35,792 nucleotides of DNA from the IMG/VR virus record IMGVR_UViG_3300046779_000236, positions 1-35,792 of that record. One strand, 5' to 3'. Numbering within the stretch: the stretch's first letter is position 1; each line of letters begins with the position of its first letter. The position numbers and the translations under genes are program-made. The DNA is from a virus (lineage: Duplodnaviria > Caudoviricetes). Below are positions 6,838 to 16,794 of the stretch, in pieces. The notes under the pieces are model-generated. The model was not told where the DNA came from. It saw only the letters and a list, made by a program, of their open reading frames with translations, and ran no database searches.

Positions 6838-8087
6838 GTGAACTCAATCTAGAGTTACCAGAGAAGATGAGCTTCTTGTTTGAGCCACACAGATATAAAG
6901 TGGCTTATGGTGGTCGAGGCTCAGGAAAGTCATGGGGAGCTGCTATAGCTTTATTAGCTTTAGGCGCACAAAACCCATTAAGAATATTATGCGCACGAGA
7001 GTTTCAGAACTCTATTAGCGACTCGGTTCATGCCTTGTTAGCAGACCAGATTAGAAAGCTCAATCTAGAGTCATTCTATGAGGTTCAGAACACAGCAATT
7101 TATGGCAAGAATGGCACAGAGTTCTTGTTTGCAGGTTTAAAGCACAATGTCACAAAGATTAAGTCTTTTGAAGGTGTAGACATTTGCTGGGTAGAAGAAG
7201 CACAGACTACTTCTAAGTCTAGCTGGGATGTATTGATTCCTACTATCCGTAAAGAAGGCTCAGAGATATGGATTACATTCAACCCTGAGCTTGATACAGA
7301 TGAGACTTACAAGCGGTTTGTAGTAGTGCCACCAAGCAATGCAAAAGTAGTCAAAGTAAACTGGTCTGATAATCCTTGGTTTCCTAAAGTCCTAAGAGAC
7401 GAGATGGAAGATTTAAAGTCTAGGGATATGGATGCTTACCTGAATGTTTGGGAAGGCAATACAAGACAAGTTCTAGATGGCGCTGTATATGCTAATGAGC
7501 TAAGAAAGGCTCAAGAAGATAGCAGAATTAAAGATATATTTGTAGACAAGTCTATTCCTGTAAGCACCTTCTGGGACTTAGGATGGGCTGATATGACATC
7601 TATTTGGTTTGTTCAGACAATCTCAGGTGGAGAGGTTAGAGTAATTGACTTCTACCAAGACTGTCAGAAACCAATTGACCATTATGTTCAACTCCTTCAG
7701 AATAAGGGTTATACATACAGAGACCATTGGCTTCCGCATGATGCAGAACACAAGAATATGACAGGTCGTAGCACTAAAGAGATTATTGAAGGCATGGGAT
7801 TACCAGTTAGGATTACTCCTAAACTGTCCATTGCTGATGGTATTAACGCAGCTAGAATGTTGATGAATCGCTGTTACTTTGACCAAAACAGATGTGCAGA
7901 AGGCTTACAAGCATTAAGACATTACAGATATGCTGTAGACCCTGACACTAAGATGTTTAGCGATAAACCTTTGCATGACCAACATTCTCATGCTGCTGAT
8001 GCTTGGAGATATGTTGCAGTAGGGCTAGATGAGAAGCCTAACGATTGGAACAAATCAATTAAGATTAACACGAAATGGATAGTCTGA
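6834..8087 (+). CDS. terL: terminase large subunit, PBSX-like
   Basis: Walker A YGGRGSGKS; CAREFQNSI; Walker B CWVEEA; TFNP; nuclease domain WDLG...LPHDA...HAADAWRY. Confidence 0.95.
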   Translation: MSELNLELPEKMSFLFEPHRYKVAYGGRGSGKSWGAAIALLALGAQNPLRILCAREFQNSISDSVHALLADQIRKLNLESFYEVQNTAIYGKNGTEFLFAGLKHNVTKIKSFEGVDICWVEEAQTTSKSSWDVLIPTIRKEGSEIWITFNPELDTDETYKRFVVVPPSNAKVVKVNWSDNPWFPKVLRDEMEDLKSRDMDAYLNVWEGNTRQVLDGAVYANELRKAQEDSRIKDIFVDKSIPVSTFWDLGWADMTSIWFVQTISGGEVRVIDFYQDCQKPIDHYVQLLQNKGYTYRDHWLPHDAEHKNMTGRSTKEIIEGMGLPVRITPKLSIADGINAARMLMNRCYFDQNRCAEGLQALRHYRYAVDPDTKMFSDKPLHDQHSHAADAWRYVAVGLDEKPNDWNKSIKINTKWIV

Positions 8088-10153
8088 TGGACAACAATAC
8101 CCTTAAAGGAATACTAGAAGCCGAGATTGATAATGCTCTTGGCTTTATTGAGACAGAAACGACTGATGCTCGTAGAAAGGCTTTGCAATACTACAATCGT
8201 GAGCCATACGGAAACGAAGTAGAAGGTCGTAGCTCTATCGTTACTGGTGAAGTAGCAGAAGTAGTTGATGGTGCATTGCCACAATTACTAAGGGTTTTCA
8301 CTCAGTCAGACGAGATGGTTCGCTTTGAGCCTAAAGGTGCTGGTGACGAGGAAAAGGCTAAACAAGCTACTGAGTATGTAAACTGGGTTCTAAACCACGA
8401 TAACCAAGGTGTAATTCTGTTCCATAACTGGTTCAAAGATGCTTTGTTGCAGAAGAATGGTATCGTTAAAGTCTACTGGGATGAGCAGACAGATGTAACA
8501 AAAGAGCAGTATGAAGGCTTGAACGAAGAAGAACTAACAATGCTTTTGGCTGACCCAGAGGTAGAAGTAGTTAGTCAGGACATGGAAGAAGTAGCTCCTG
8601 CTGGTGTAGACCAGATGGGTATGCCAACTCCACCTGTATATTCATACAGTATCAAGCTAAAGCGTACTAAAAAGAATGGCAAGGTAATTGTTGAGAATGT
8701 CCCACCAGAGGAGTTCTTAATATCTAAGAAAGCTCGCACTATTGCTGATGCTCCATTCGTAGCTCACAGAAAACTAACAACTCGTAGCGAATTAGTAGCT
8801 ATGGGCTTTGACAAGGCTACTGTAGATGAGTTGCCTTCTTATTCAGACTTAACATATTCTGAGGAAAGAGTAGCTCGATTTGACAGAGGCGAGATGCCAG
8901 ATGAGCAAGCAAGCCTAGACAAAGCTATGCAAGATGTAGAAGTCATGGAGTGCTACCTTAAAGTAGATATGGATGAGGATGGCATTGCTGAGTTGCGTAA
9001 GATTGTTTATGCAGGTCAAAACATCCTAGACAACACAGAAGTAGACTTTGTTCCTTTTGCTTCAATTTGCCCTATTCCTATGCCACATAAGTTCTTTGGT
9101 CATAGCTTGGCAGACAGAGCAACAGACTTGCAATTGATTAAATCGACAGTAACTCGTCAGATTCTAGACAACCTTTACCTTACAAATAACTCTCGTATGG
9201 GTGTTGTTGAGGGTCAAGTAAACCTAGATGATATGCTGACAGTTACAGCAGGTGGTGTGGTTCGTATTAAGAATCCTAATGCAATCGTTCCATTATCAGT
9301 TCCACCAACAGCATCACAGTCTTTCCCAATGTTGCAGTATCTAGACCAAGTTCAATCTAAGAGAACAGGTGTCAATGATGCTCAACAAGGCTTAGACCCT
9401 AACATTCTGCAAAACACTACTGCTACTGCTGTAGCTGCTATGCAGTCTGCTGCTGCTGGCAAGATTGAGATGATTGCTCGTGTATTCGCAGAAACAGGTG
9501 TAAAAGACCTATTTGAGAAGATTCTTCAGCTTCTATGCAAGTATCAAGACAAGGCTCGTATCATTCGCCTAAGAGGTAAGTATGTTTCTATTGACCCAAG
9601 AGAATGGGTAAATGGCTTTGACATCTCTATCAATGTAGGTCTTGGCACAGGCAACAAGCAAGAACAAATGGCTATGGTAGCTATGGTTCTACAGAAACAA
9701 GAGCAAATCTTGGGAACTCAAGGCTTTAACAACCCATTGGTAACATTGACTCAGTATCGTGAGACTCTAGGTCGCTTCATTGAAGCTGCTGGATACAAAG
9801 ACTCAAGCGAGTTCTTCAAAGAGATTCCACCTGAGTTAGAGCAACAGATTGCAAATCCACAGCCACAGCAAGCACCTGTAGACCCAGCAGTTCAGGCTTA
9901 TATGGCTCAAGCACAGGCTCAGATGCAGATTGACCAAGCCAAAGCTCAACAGCAGATGGCTCTAGACCAACAGAAAGCAGAAGCAGACTTGATGTTGCAA
10001 CAACAGAAGGCACAGGCAGAAATCCAGTTGAAGCGTGAGAAAGCAATGGCTGACTTAGAGCTAAAGACTGCTGAGTTCCAAGCTGAAGCCCAGTTGAAGG
10101 CTATGCAAGTAGGCGCACAATTAACCAATACTCCTAACATTCCTAACCTATGA
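8087..10153 (+). CDS. portal protein, P22-like with Gln/Ala-rich C-terminal barrel
   Basis: About 690 aa following TerL; DALLQKNGIVKVYW and ENVPPEEFLI motifs; coiled-coil tail; alternative start at 8075. Confidence 0.9.
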   Translation: MDNNTLKGILEAEIDNALGFIETETTDARRKALQYYNREPYGNEVEGRSSIVTGEVAEVVDGALPQLLRVFTQSDEMVRFEPKGAGDEEKAKQATEYVNWVLNHDNQGVILFHNWFKDALLQKNGIVKVYWDEQTDVTKEQYEGLNEEELTMLLADPEVEVVSQDMEEVAPAGVDQMGMPTPPVYSYSIKLKRTKKNGKVIVENVPPEEFLISKKARTIADAPFVAHRKLTTRSELVAMGFDKATVDELPSYSDLTYSEERVARFDRGEMPDEQASLDKAMQDVEVMECYLKVDMDEDGIAELRKIVYAGQNILDNTEVDFVPFASICPIPMPHKFFGHSLADRATDLQLIKSTVTRQILDNLYLTNNSRMGVVEGQVNLDDMLTVTAGGVVRIKNPNAIVPLSVPPTASQSFPMLQYLDQVQSKRTGVNDAQQGLDPNILQNTTATAVAAMQSAAAGKIEMIARVFAETGVKDLFEKILQLLCKYQDKARIIRLRGKYVSIDPREWVNGFDISINVGLGTGNKQEQMAMVAMVLQKQEQILGTQGFNNPLVTLTQYRETLGRFIEAAGYKDSSEFFKEIPPELEQQIANPQPQQAPVDPAVQAYMAQAQAQMQIDQAKAQQQMALDQQKAEADLMLQQQKAQAEIQLKREKAMADLELKTAEFQAEAQLKAMQVGAQLTNTPNIPNL

Positions 10154-10380
10154 ACAAATCGGAAAGAGCAAGAGTATTACTAAGTGACGAGTTTTTCATG
10201 GAACTTGTGGAAAACCAAAAACTGTTGTATAAAAACAACATATTCAATAGTAATGAAGATGATGTTGAATTAAGAGAGAAATCTCTCATCAAATACAGAG
10301 CTATTGAAGAACTCTTATCTGGTATCCAAGCTATCGCAGATGATAAGCAGATTCAAGATAAGAAATGGAAGATTTTTTAA
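10150..10380 (+). CDS. small hypothetical protein between portal and scaffold
   Basis: ORF track; ATGA coupling to the portal gene. Confidence 0.75.
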   Translation: MNKSERARVLLSDEFFMELVENQKLLYKNNIFNSNEDDVELREKSLIKYRAIEELLSGIQAIADDKQIQDKKWKIF

Positions 10381-10401
10381 CTACCATAAAAGGTAATAAC
10401 A

Positions 10402-11391
10402 ATGAGTGAAAACACCAATCCAAACGGAAGTGTTAGTGTAAACGAAGCAGCTAGTGCATTTTTGTCTTTGATGGACTCACCTACTGAGGAAGCGCAAGCT
10501 CAACCAGAGGTAGACCAGCAAGAGCAAGAATCTGAGGAAGTTGAGTATTCAGCAGAATCAGAGGAAGGTTCAGAGGACTACACAGATGAAAATGCAGAAG
10601 AAACTGAATACCAAGAAGAAGAAACCCAAGAACCACAGCGATTCAAAGTCAAAGTAGACAATGAGGAGATTGAGGTCACCTTAGAGGAACTTCAACAAGG
10701 TTACAGTCGCACAAAAGATTACACAAAGAAAACTCAGGCTTTAGCTGAGACTCGTAAGGCTGTGGAAGCAGAGAAAGCGAGAATCGAAGAAGCCAAGCAG
10801 TTGCGAGACACTTATGCTCAAAGACTCCAAGTAATCGAACAGATGCTCAATCAGAATCCTGACAATGAGAATCTAGCCGAGTTAAAAGAGTCAGACCCTA
10901 TTGGTTATGCCATCAAGGTCGCTGAGAGAGCAGAAAGAGACAAACAATTGCAAGCGGTACAAGCTGAAAAACAGCGAATTGCTCAACAGCAACAAGCTGA
11001 ACAGCAAGAGTACCTAAAAAATCATTTGGCTCAAGAGGCTACAAAGCTCAAGGAGTGGATTCCTGAGTTTAGGGATGAGGTAAAAGCAGATATAGCTCGC
11101 AAAGAGATTAAGGCTTATGCGAAGTCAATCGGTTTCTCAGACCAAGAACTTGCTAATGTATATGATGCAAGAGCAGTTCAAACCCTCTACAAAGCCATGC
11201 AGTACGAGAAGTTGATGAAGGGCAAGACTGTAGCAACTAAGAAGGTTACAGAAGCTCCTAAGACTTTAAAAGCTGGTGCATCTCAACCACAGGGAACATC
11301 AGAACAAGAAGCAATTAAAAAGCAGTTCCAGAAGCTGAAGCAATCAGGCAAGAAGCAGGATGCTGCAAAACTATTTGAAAAATTCATTTAA
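10402..11391 (+). CDS. capsid scaffolding protein
   Basis: Acidic N-terminus; VKVDNEEIEVTLEELQQGYSRTKDYTKKTQ motif; coiled coil; directly precedes the MCP gene. Confidence 0.88.
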   Translation: MSENTNPNGSVSVNEAASAFLSLMDSPTEEAQAQPEVDQQEQESEEVEYSAESEEGSEDYTDENAEETEYQEEETQEPQRFKVKVDNEEIEVTLEELQQGYSRTKDYTKKTQALAETRKAVEAEKARIEEAKQLRDTYAQRLQVIEQMLNQNPDNENLAELKESDPIGYAIKVAERAERDKQLQAVQAEKQRIAQQQQAEQQEYLKNHLAQEATKLKEWIPEFRDEVKADIARKEIKAYAKSIGFSDQELANVYDARAVQTLYKAMQYEKLMKGKTVATKKVTEAPKTLKAGASQPQGTSEQEAIKKQFQKLKQSGKKQDAAKLFEKFI

Positions 11392-11402
11392 AGGAAAAGA
11401 AA

Positions 11403-12362
11403 ATGGCAACATATACAAAATATGACGCAGTTGGTCAGCGTGAAGATTTATCAGATGTAATCTACAACATCAGCCCAACAGATACACCAATCATGTCATC
11501 TATTGGCAAGACTAAAGCTACTGCTGTAAACCACGAGTGGCAAACTGACAGCTTGGCTGCTGCTACAACAGCTAACGCATTAGTTGAAGGTGCTGACGCT
11601 ACTTCTGCTACATTGTCTCCAACAACTCGCTATGGCAACTTGACACAAATCGTTGGTAAGACTGTTCAAGTTTCTGGCACATTGGATGCTGTGGACAAAG
11701 CTGGTCGCAAGTCAGAAAAGGCTTATCAATTGGCTAAAGGCTCTGCTGAAATCAAGCGTGACATTGAAACAATCATTACAGCTAACCAAGCTAAAGTTGC
11801 TGGTGATGGTTCTTCAACAGCTCGCAAGATGTCATCATTGTTGTCTTTCATCAAGACAAACACATCAGTAGGTGCTGGTACAACTACTGCTGGTGCTGAC
11901 CCTACAACTATCGGTGTTTCAGCTCGTGTTGATGCTGATACAACTCGTACTTTCACAGAAACAATGTTGAAAGAAGTTGTTCGTGAAGTATTCAGCTCAG
12001 GTGGTACACCTTCAGTATTGTTCGTATCTCCAGCATTGAAGCAGACTGTTTCTAGCTTCACAGGTTTGGCAGCTCAACGCTACCAAGTTCCTACAAGCGG
12101 TCAAGCTACAATTTTGGCTGGTGCTGACATCTACCAATCTGACTTTGGTCAAATCAGCATTGTTCCAAACCGCTTCATGCGTACTCGTGATGCTTTGTTG
12201 TTAGACCCAGAATACGCAGCTTTGGCTTACTTGCGTCCATTCCAAACTAACGACTTGGCAAAAGCTGGTGACAGCGAGAAAACACAAATCTTGGCTGAAT
12301 TGACTCTTGAAGTTAAGAACGAAGCAGCTCATGGTGGTGTATTCGACTTGAACGCAGCATAA
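11403..12362 (+). CDS. major capsid protein (DUF5309/SU10-like)
   Basis: REDLSDVIYNISPTDTP...HEWQTDSL...NLTQI...EIKRDIE...YQSDFG motifs; biased codon usage; terminator follows. Confidence 0.92.
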   Translation: MATYTKYDAVGQREDLSDVIYNISPTDTPIMSSIGKTKATAVNHEWQTDSLAAATTANALVEGADATSATLSPTTRYGNLTQIVGKTVQVSGTLDAVDKAGRKSEKAYQLAKGSAEIKRDIETIITANQAKVAGDGSSTARKMSSLLSFIKTNTSVGAGTTTAGADPTTIGVSARVDADTTRTFTETMLKEVVREVFSSGGTPSVLFVSPALKQTVSSFTGLAAQRYQVPTSGQATILAGADIYQSDFGQISIVPNRFMRTRDALLLDPEYAALAYLRPFQTNDLAKAGDSEKTQILAELTLEVKNEAAHGGVFDLNAA

Positions 12363-12390
12363 TTGACTATTCTTGAATAGTTGGTAGAAT
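12363..12390 (+). promoter_or_regulatory. putative sigma70 promoter immediately after the MCP stop codon
   Basis: TTGACT-N16-TAGAAT with an extended -10 TGn. Confidence 0.5.
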
Positions 12391-12420
12391 TGGGGGTGGA
12401 GAAATCCATCCCCATTTTCT
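12391..12420 (+). terminator. intrinsic terminator after MCP
   Basis: TGGGGGTGGA-GAAA-TCCATCCCCA followed by TTTTCT. Confidence 0.75.
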
Positions 12421-12431
12421 AGGAGAGCAAC

Positions 12432-12755
12432 TTGTCTAAATTAGGCAAACTCAAACAAAATCAGAATGTTTACGCAGATGGTGAAGGCGGTATTATTATT
12501 GAGACTAAGGTCGATTTAAGCCAAATCATTGAGATAAACAAACAAAAATTTAATGAACGAAGCGAAAAGACTAATTGGGGTTCTGATGTATTAGACCCTC
12601 GAAATCATATCGCTACTATCCCTGACATCATCATTGATGAATTGAACAAAAAAGGTGTAATGCGTGGCTATGCAGTCATAGACAAGGAAGCCTTTAGACG
12701 ATTCTTAAATGACCCAGATAATAAAGTCTGGAGAACAAGGGGTGGCAATGTATAA
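12432..12755 (+). CDS. hypothetical protein (head region)
   Basis: TTG start behind AGGAG; HIATIP...FLNDPDN...WRT motif. Confidence 0.75.
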   Translation: MSKLGKLKQNQNVYADGEGGIIIETKVDLSQIIEINKQKFNERSEKTNWGSDVLDPRNHIATIPDIIIDELNKKGVMRGYAVIDKEAFRRFLNDPDNKVWRTRGGNV

Positions 12756-13377
12756 AGTAGGAATCTGTATCCCTGCAAGGGGAACAATGGAAGTAGGAAC
12801 TGCCTTTGATTTGGCAGCTTTGGTGAACTATACAAACAAGCATAGCAAGATAGAGATAAATCTTTACACTTCTATGGGAACTTTGATATTTGACCAAAGA
12901 AACAATATGGTTCAATCAGCGTTAGACGATAACTGCACACATATTCTGTTTATTGATGCAGATATGAGGTTTCCTAAGAACTCTCTAATGAAGCTGATAA
13001 ACCATAATAAGGCGATTGTAGGTGTTAATGCTACTACTCGTAGTGAGCCAGTAAAGCCTACAGCAAAGACATTAGAGGTATTTGATGACCATGTAGTATG
13101 GCATCCAGTATTCTCAAAAGGTAAGACAGGCATTGAGATTGTTGATGGCATAGGCTGTGGAGTCATGCTAATTGATGCTTCTGTATTTAAAGAATTAGAG
13201 AAACCTTGGTTTTACTTTGAGCAATTGCCGCAAGGTAAGATTCTAGGCGAGGACATCTACTTCTGTATTAAGGCTTCAGATATTGGCTTTAAGACTTATG
13301 TAGACCACGATTTATCACAAGAAATTAAGCATATTGGTTCGTATCAATATGGATGGCATAACATAGAAATGGATTAG
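12748..13377 (+). CDS. GT-A fold glycosyltransferase (GT2-like)
   Basis: VGICIPA...RNNMV...HILFIDADM (DxD)...GCGVMLI...GEDIYFC...HIG; ATG at 12748. Confidence 0.85.
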   Translation: MYKVGICIPARGTMEVGTAFDLAALVNYTNKHSKIEINLYTSMGTLIFDQRNNMVQSALDDNCTHILFIDADMRFPKNSLMKLINHNKAIVGVNATTRSEPVKPTAKTLEVFDDHVVWHPVFSKGKTGIEIVDGIGCGVMLIDASVFKELEKPWFYFEQLPQGKILGEDIYFCIKASDIGFKTYVDHDLSQEIKHIGSYQYGWHNIEMD

Positions 13378-13379
13378 AC

Positions 13380-14000
13380 ATGGCTTTTACCAACTACTCG
13401 GCTTTAAAGACCACAGTAGCTAATTACCTAGGTCGGACAGATTTAACTACTCAGATTCCTGACTTCATTACATTGGCTGAAACTCGTCTAGCAAGAGAGT
13501 TGCGTACAAGACAGATGCTAAAGTCAGCGACATCTTCAATGACTAGCGGTGATGCTAAAGTGGCATTACCTACAGACTTTCTTGAAGTAAGAGATTTATA
13601 TATCCGAGGAAACCCAAGGATGCCTGTTACTTATCTAGCTCCTAGTGCCTTCACAAGAGATGCTAGGGCAGATGAGTCTGGCTTACCTGTTTACTACACA
13701 GTATTGGCTTCAGAGTTCTTATTTGCGCCTATTCCAGATGGCACAAAGACACTAGAGATTCTTTACTATGCAAAACCTGCTGTATTGTCAGATAGCAATA
13801 CAAGCAATGTATTCTTGGCTAATTACCCTGATGCTCTACTTTATGGCGCATTATTAGAAGCAGAACCTTATCTCATCAATGATGCTAGGGTTCAGTTATG
13901 GGTAAGTTTGTACGATAGAGCTATTAACTCTATTTCTAGCGCAGATGAAGGCTCAGAATATAGCGGTGTCCCATTACAAATGAAAGTTACTTCAAGATAA
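13380..14000 (+). CDS. head-tail adaptor / tail tubular protein A-like
   Basis: YSALKTTVANYLGR...IPDFITLAE...LPTDFLE...YPDALLYGALLEA; gene position. Confidence 0.75.
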   Translation: MAFTNYSALKTTVANYLGRTDLTTQIPDFITLAETRLARELRTRQMLKSATSSMTSGDAKVALPTDFLEVRDLYIRGNPRMPVTYLAPSAFTRDARADESGLPVYYTVLASEFLFAPIPDGTKTLEILYYAKPAVLSDSNTSNVFLANYPDALLYGALLEAEPYLINDARVQLWVSLYDRAINSISSADEGSEYSGVPLQMKVTSR

Positions 14001-14009
14001 GGAAATATC

Positions 14010-14396
14010 ATGGCTGAAATGTCAAACTACTTGGAAAATGCAGTTATCAATGCAGTTCTCCGTAATACAAGCTACACAAGCCCTACAACAGTTTATGTAG
14101 GTCTTTTTACATCTGACCCTACTGATGCTGGTTCAGGCACAGAGGTTTCAGGTGGTTCTTATGCTCGTACTGCTGTTACTTTTGGTTCACCTTCTAATGG
14201 TGTATCAACAAACAGCGCTGCGGTAGAGTTCCCACAAGCTACAGATAGCTGGGGTACTGTTACACACATTGGTATCCATGATGCTTCTAGCTCAGGCAAC
14301 TTGCTATTCCATACTGCTTTAGATACTTCTAAGGCAATTGCTACAGGAGACATCTTCAAGATTGCTTCTGGTAACTTGAGTGTTACATTGGCATAA
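14010..14396 (+). CDS. virion structural protein (tail-associated)
   Basis: SNYLEN...YVGLFTSDP...EVSGGSYAR...WGTVTHIGIHDA...GNLL pattern; position in the tail module. Confidence 0.7.
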   Translation: MAEMSNYLENAVINAVLRNTSYTSPTTVYVGLFTSDPTDAGSGTEVSGGSYARTAVTFGSPSNGVSTNSAAVEFPQATDSWGTVTHIGIHDASSSGNLLFHTALDTSKAIATGDIFKIASGNLSVTLA

Positions 14397-15364
14397 TGCC
14401 ACTAACTCTTGAGCAGTTAGACCAGTTTGGAAGCCTAGATGATTTAGAATATTCTCTAGACCTAGACTGGTATGATGACCGAGTATCTGGCACTTGGACT
14501 TTAGAAGCCCTTGATGCCATTGGTTCTATCGACAGCCTGAACCTGTCTTTAGATAGCGAGCTATGGAATGGCTCTGTAACTGTTTATTTTGTAAATCCTG
14601 CAAGTGTTTCTTCTAGTGCAACAGTTTCAGCCAATGCGTTAAGAGAAAGATTTGCAACTGGCTCAGTTAGCTCTGAGGCTAATGTATCTGCAAGCCCTAC
14701 AAGAATTATGTTCTTTAGTGGCTCAATTACTGGTAATGCTCAGACAGAAGCCAATGCTTATGCAGTATATGGTGGCTCAGGCTCGATTACAGGCTCTGCA
14801 ACAGTATCAAGTAGTGCATTTAGGGTAAGGACTAGTGCTGGCTCAGTAAACTCAACAGCAAGCGTTTTAGCAAGCGCATACAGGATTTACTCAGGAGCAG
14901 GTTCTGTAACTGGTTCTGCTACTGTAACAGCCAATGGCGCAAGAGTGTTAAGTGCATCAGGAGCTATTTCAGGTTCAGCAACAGTTTCTGCTGACTCAAT
15001 TAGGGTAAGAACAGGAAGTGGAGCAGTCAATGGATTATCGACAGTTACAGCATTGGGTGGTGTTGAATACTCAGGCAATGCAGAGATTAGAGGCATTTCG
15101 ACAGTATCAGTTACAGCAAATGCAGTATTTAGCTCATCAGGCTCAATTAGCAACACAGCTACTATTCGGTGCTTAGGTAATATCCTAGGAGACAATTGGA
15201 GCTTAGACACAATAGGTTCAGAGTCTTGGACACCAATAACACCTGAGAATCCTAACTGGAACGATAATTCAGTAGGTAGCGAATCTTGGACAGAAATCAC
15301 AGCAGGTTCAGAAAACTGGACTGCTTCAACAAGTGGAAATGAACAATGGCAAATCAGCGCATAA
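14396..15364 (+). CDS. Ser/Ala/Gly-rich repetitive virion protein
   Basis: Two N-terminal TLExLD repeats, central repeats of about 24 aa, and a C-terminus with Trp every 10 residues. Confidence 0.7.
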   Translation: MPLTLEQLDQFGSLDDLEYSLDLDWYDDRVSGTWTLEALDAIGSIDSLNLSLDSELWNGSVTVYFVNPASVSSSATVSANALRERFATGSVSSEANVSASPTRIMFFSGSITGNAQTEANAYAVYGGSGSITGSATVSSSAFRVRTSAGSVNSTASVLASAYRIYSGAGSVTGSATVTANGARVLSASGAISGSATVSADSIRVRTGSGAVNGLSTVTALGGVEYSGNAEIRGISTVSVTANAVFSSSGSISNTATIRCLGNILGDNWSLDTIGSESWTPITPENPNWNDNSVGSESWTEITAGSENWTASTSGNEQWQISA

Positions 15365-16794
15365 CTTTTGGTGAGTGGTTACCAGACCAACCATCTGTAA
15401 CTGGTGCTTTAATGAAGGCAGATAATGTCTACTCTAGAGCTATCGGCTATGGTGGTATTCCGTCTGCTGTGGACTATTCTCAATCTGCTTCAGAGCCATT
15501 AAACAATGTGGTAGCTGGTAAAAACCCTGATGGTTCTACAACAGTATTTGCAGGAAGCCAGACAAACCTATACAAATTAGACTCTGCTGATATGTCTTTA
15601 GATGATGTATCAGGAGCTACTTATGCTACTCCTGTAGACCAAAGATGGAGATTTACTCAGTTTGGCAACAGAATTATTGCTGCGAATGGATATGACAAGC
15701 TACAAGGCTGGTTACTAGGAACTTCTACTGCATGGGCTGATTTGTCTGCTGATGCACCTACAGCTCGTTATGTAACAGTAGTTCGAGACTTTGTAGTATC
15801 AGGGCATATTGGCACAGCTTACCCATTCAGAGTTAAATGGTCTGCATTAAATGATGAGACAAGCTGGGCAGATTCAGCGACAACTCAATCAGATTACCAA
15901 GAGATTCCTGATGGTGGCTCTATTGTTGGTGTAACAGGTGGTGAATTTGGCTTAATCTTGATGGACAGGTCAATCTATCGCATGACTTATGTCGGTAGCC
16001 CACTAGTATTCCAGTTTGACAATATCTCTAGAAACCTAGGCTGTTATGAGGCTAACTCAATTATTCAGTATCAAGGATTAACATTCTTCCTAGCTGATGA
16101 TGGCTTCTATGCCTGTGATGGTCAAAATGTCGTATCAATTGGTGGCGAAAAGATAGACAGATACTTCTTTACAGATGTAGACGAGGAATATCTATTCAAT
16201 ATGTCTGCTGCTGTAGACCCTATTAAAAACCTTGTGATTTGGGCTTACCCATCTAAAGGTCAGGGTGGAAATGTTAATAAGTTATTGATTTATAACTTCC
16301 AAACTAAAAAGTGGTCTAGCGGAACTACTGATGTAGACAGAGTGGCTTCATCTTCTAGCCCATCTACTACTTTAGAGGGTTTGGATGCTATTTCTAGCTC
16401 TATTGATGCTTTAGGAACTAGCTTTGACTCTCGTATCTGGTTAGGTGGAAAGTTGTTGTTTGCAGGGGTAAGAAATAGTAAAATTGTGACATTTACAGGC
16501 GCTAATTCTACTGCTACAATTCAGACAGGAGAACTGTCTCTAGAAAATCGTAAGTCTGCTGTGACTTTAGTCCAACCTATTGTAGACAATGGCTCATGTG
16601 ATGTTGCAGTATTTTCAAGAGATTTGCTTACTACCCAAGTTATATTTGGCTCATCAACTTCAGCAGATTCAGAGAATAGAGTGTCAGTAAGAAGCATGGG
16701 AAGATACCATAGATTACAGTTTAGTCCAACAGGAGCTAACTGGGATTCTATTATTGGTGCTGATGTTGAAATTGTCCCTATGGGTGGCAGATAA
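15346..16794 (+). CDS. tail hub / tubular protein B (P22 gp10-like, beta-propeller)
   Basis: 482 aa, beta-rich; FGEWLPDQP, WRFTQFG and VKWSALND motifs; gene position. Confidence 0.7.
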   Translation: MANQRITFGEWLPDQPSVTGALMKADNVYSRAIGYGGIPSAVDYSQSASEPLNNVVAGKNPDGSTTVFAGSQTNLYKLDSADMSLDDVSGATYATPVDQRWRFTQFGNRIIAANGYDKLQGWLLGTSTAWADLSADAPTARYVTVVRDFVVSGHIGTAYPFRVKWSALNDETSWADSATTQSDYQEIPDGGSIVGVTGGEFGLILMDRSIYRMTYVGSPLVFQFDNISRNLGCYEANSIIQYQGLTFFLADDGFYACDGQNVVSIGGEKIDRYFFTDVDEEYLFNMSAAVDPIKNLVIWAYPSKGQGGNVNKLLIYNFQTKKWSSGTTDVDRVASSSSPSTTLEGLDAISSSIDALGTSFDSRIWLGGKLLFAGVRNSKIVTFTGANSTATIQTGELSLENRKSAVTLVQPIVDNGSCDVAVFSRDLLTTQVIFGSSTSADSENRVSVRSMGRYHRLQFSPTGANWDSIIGADVEIVPMGGR

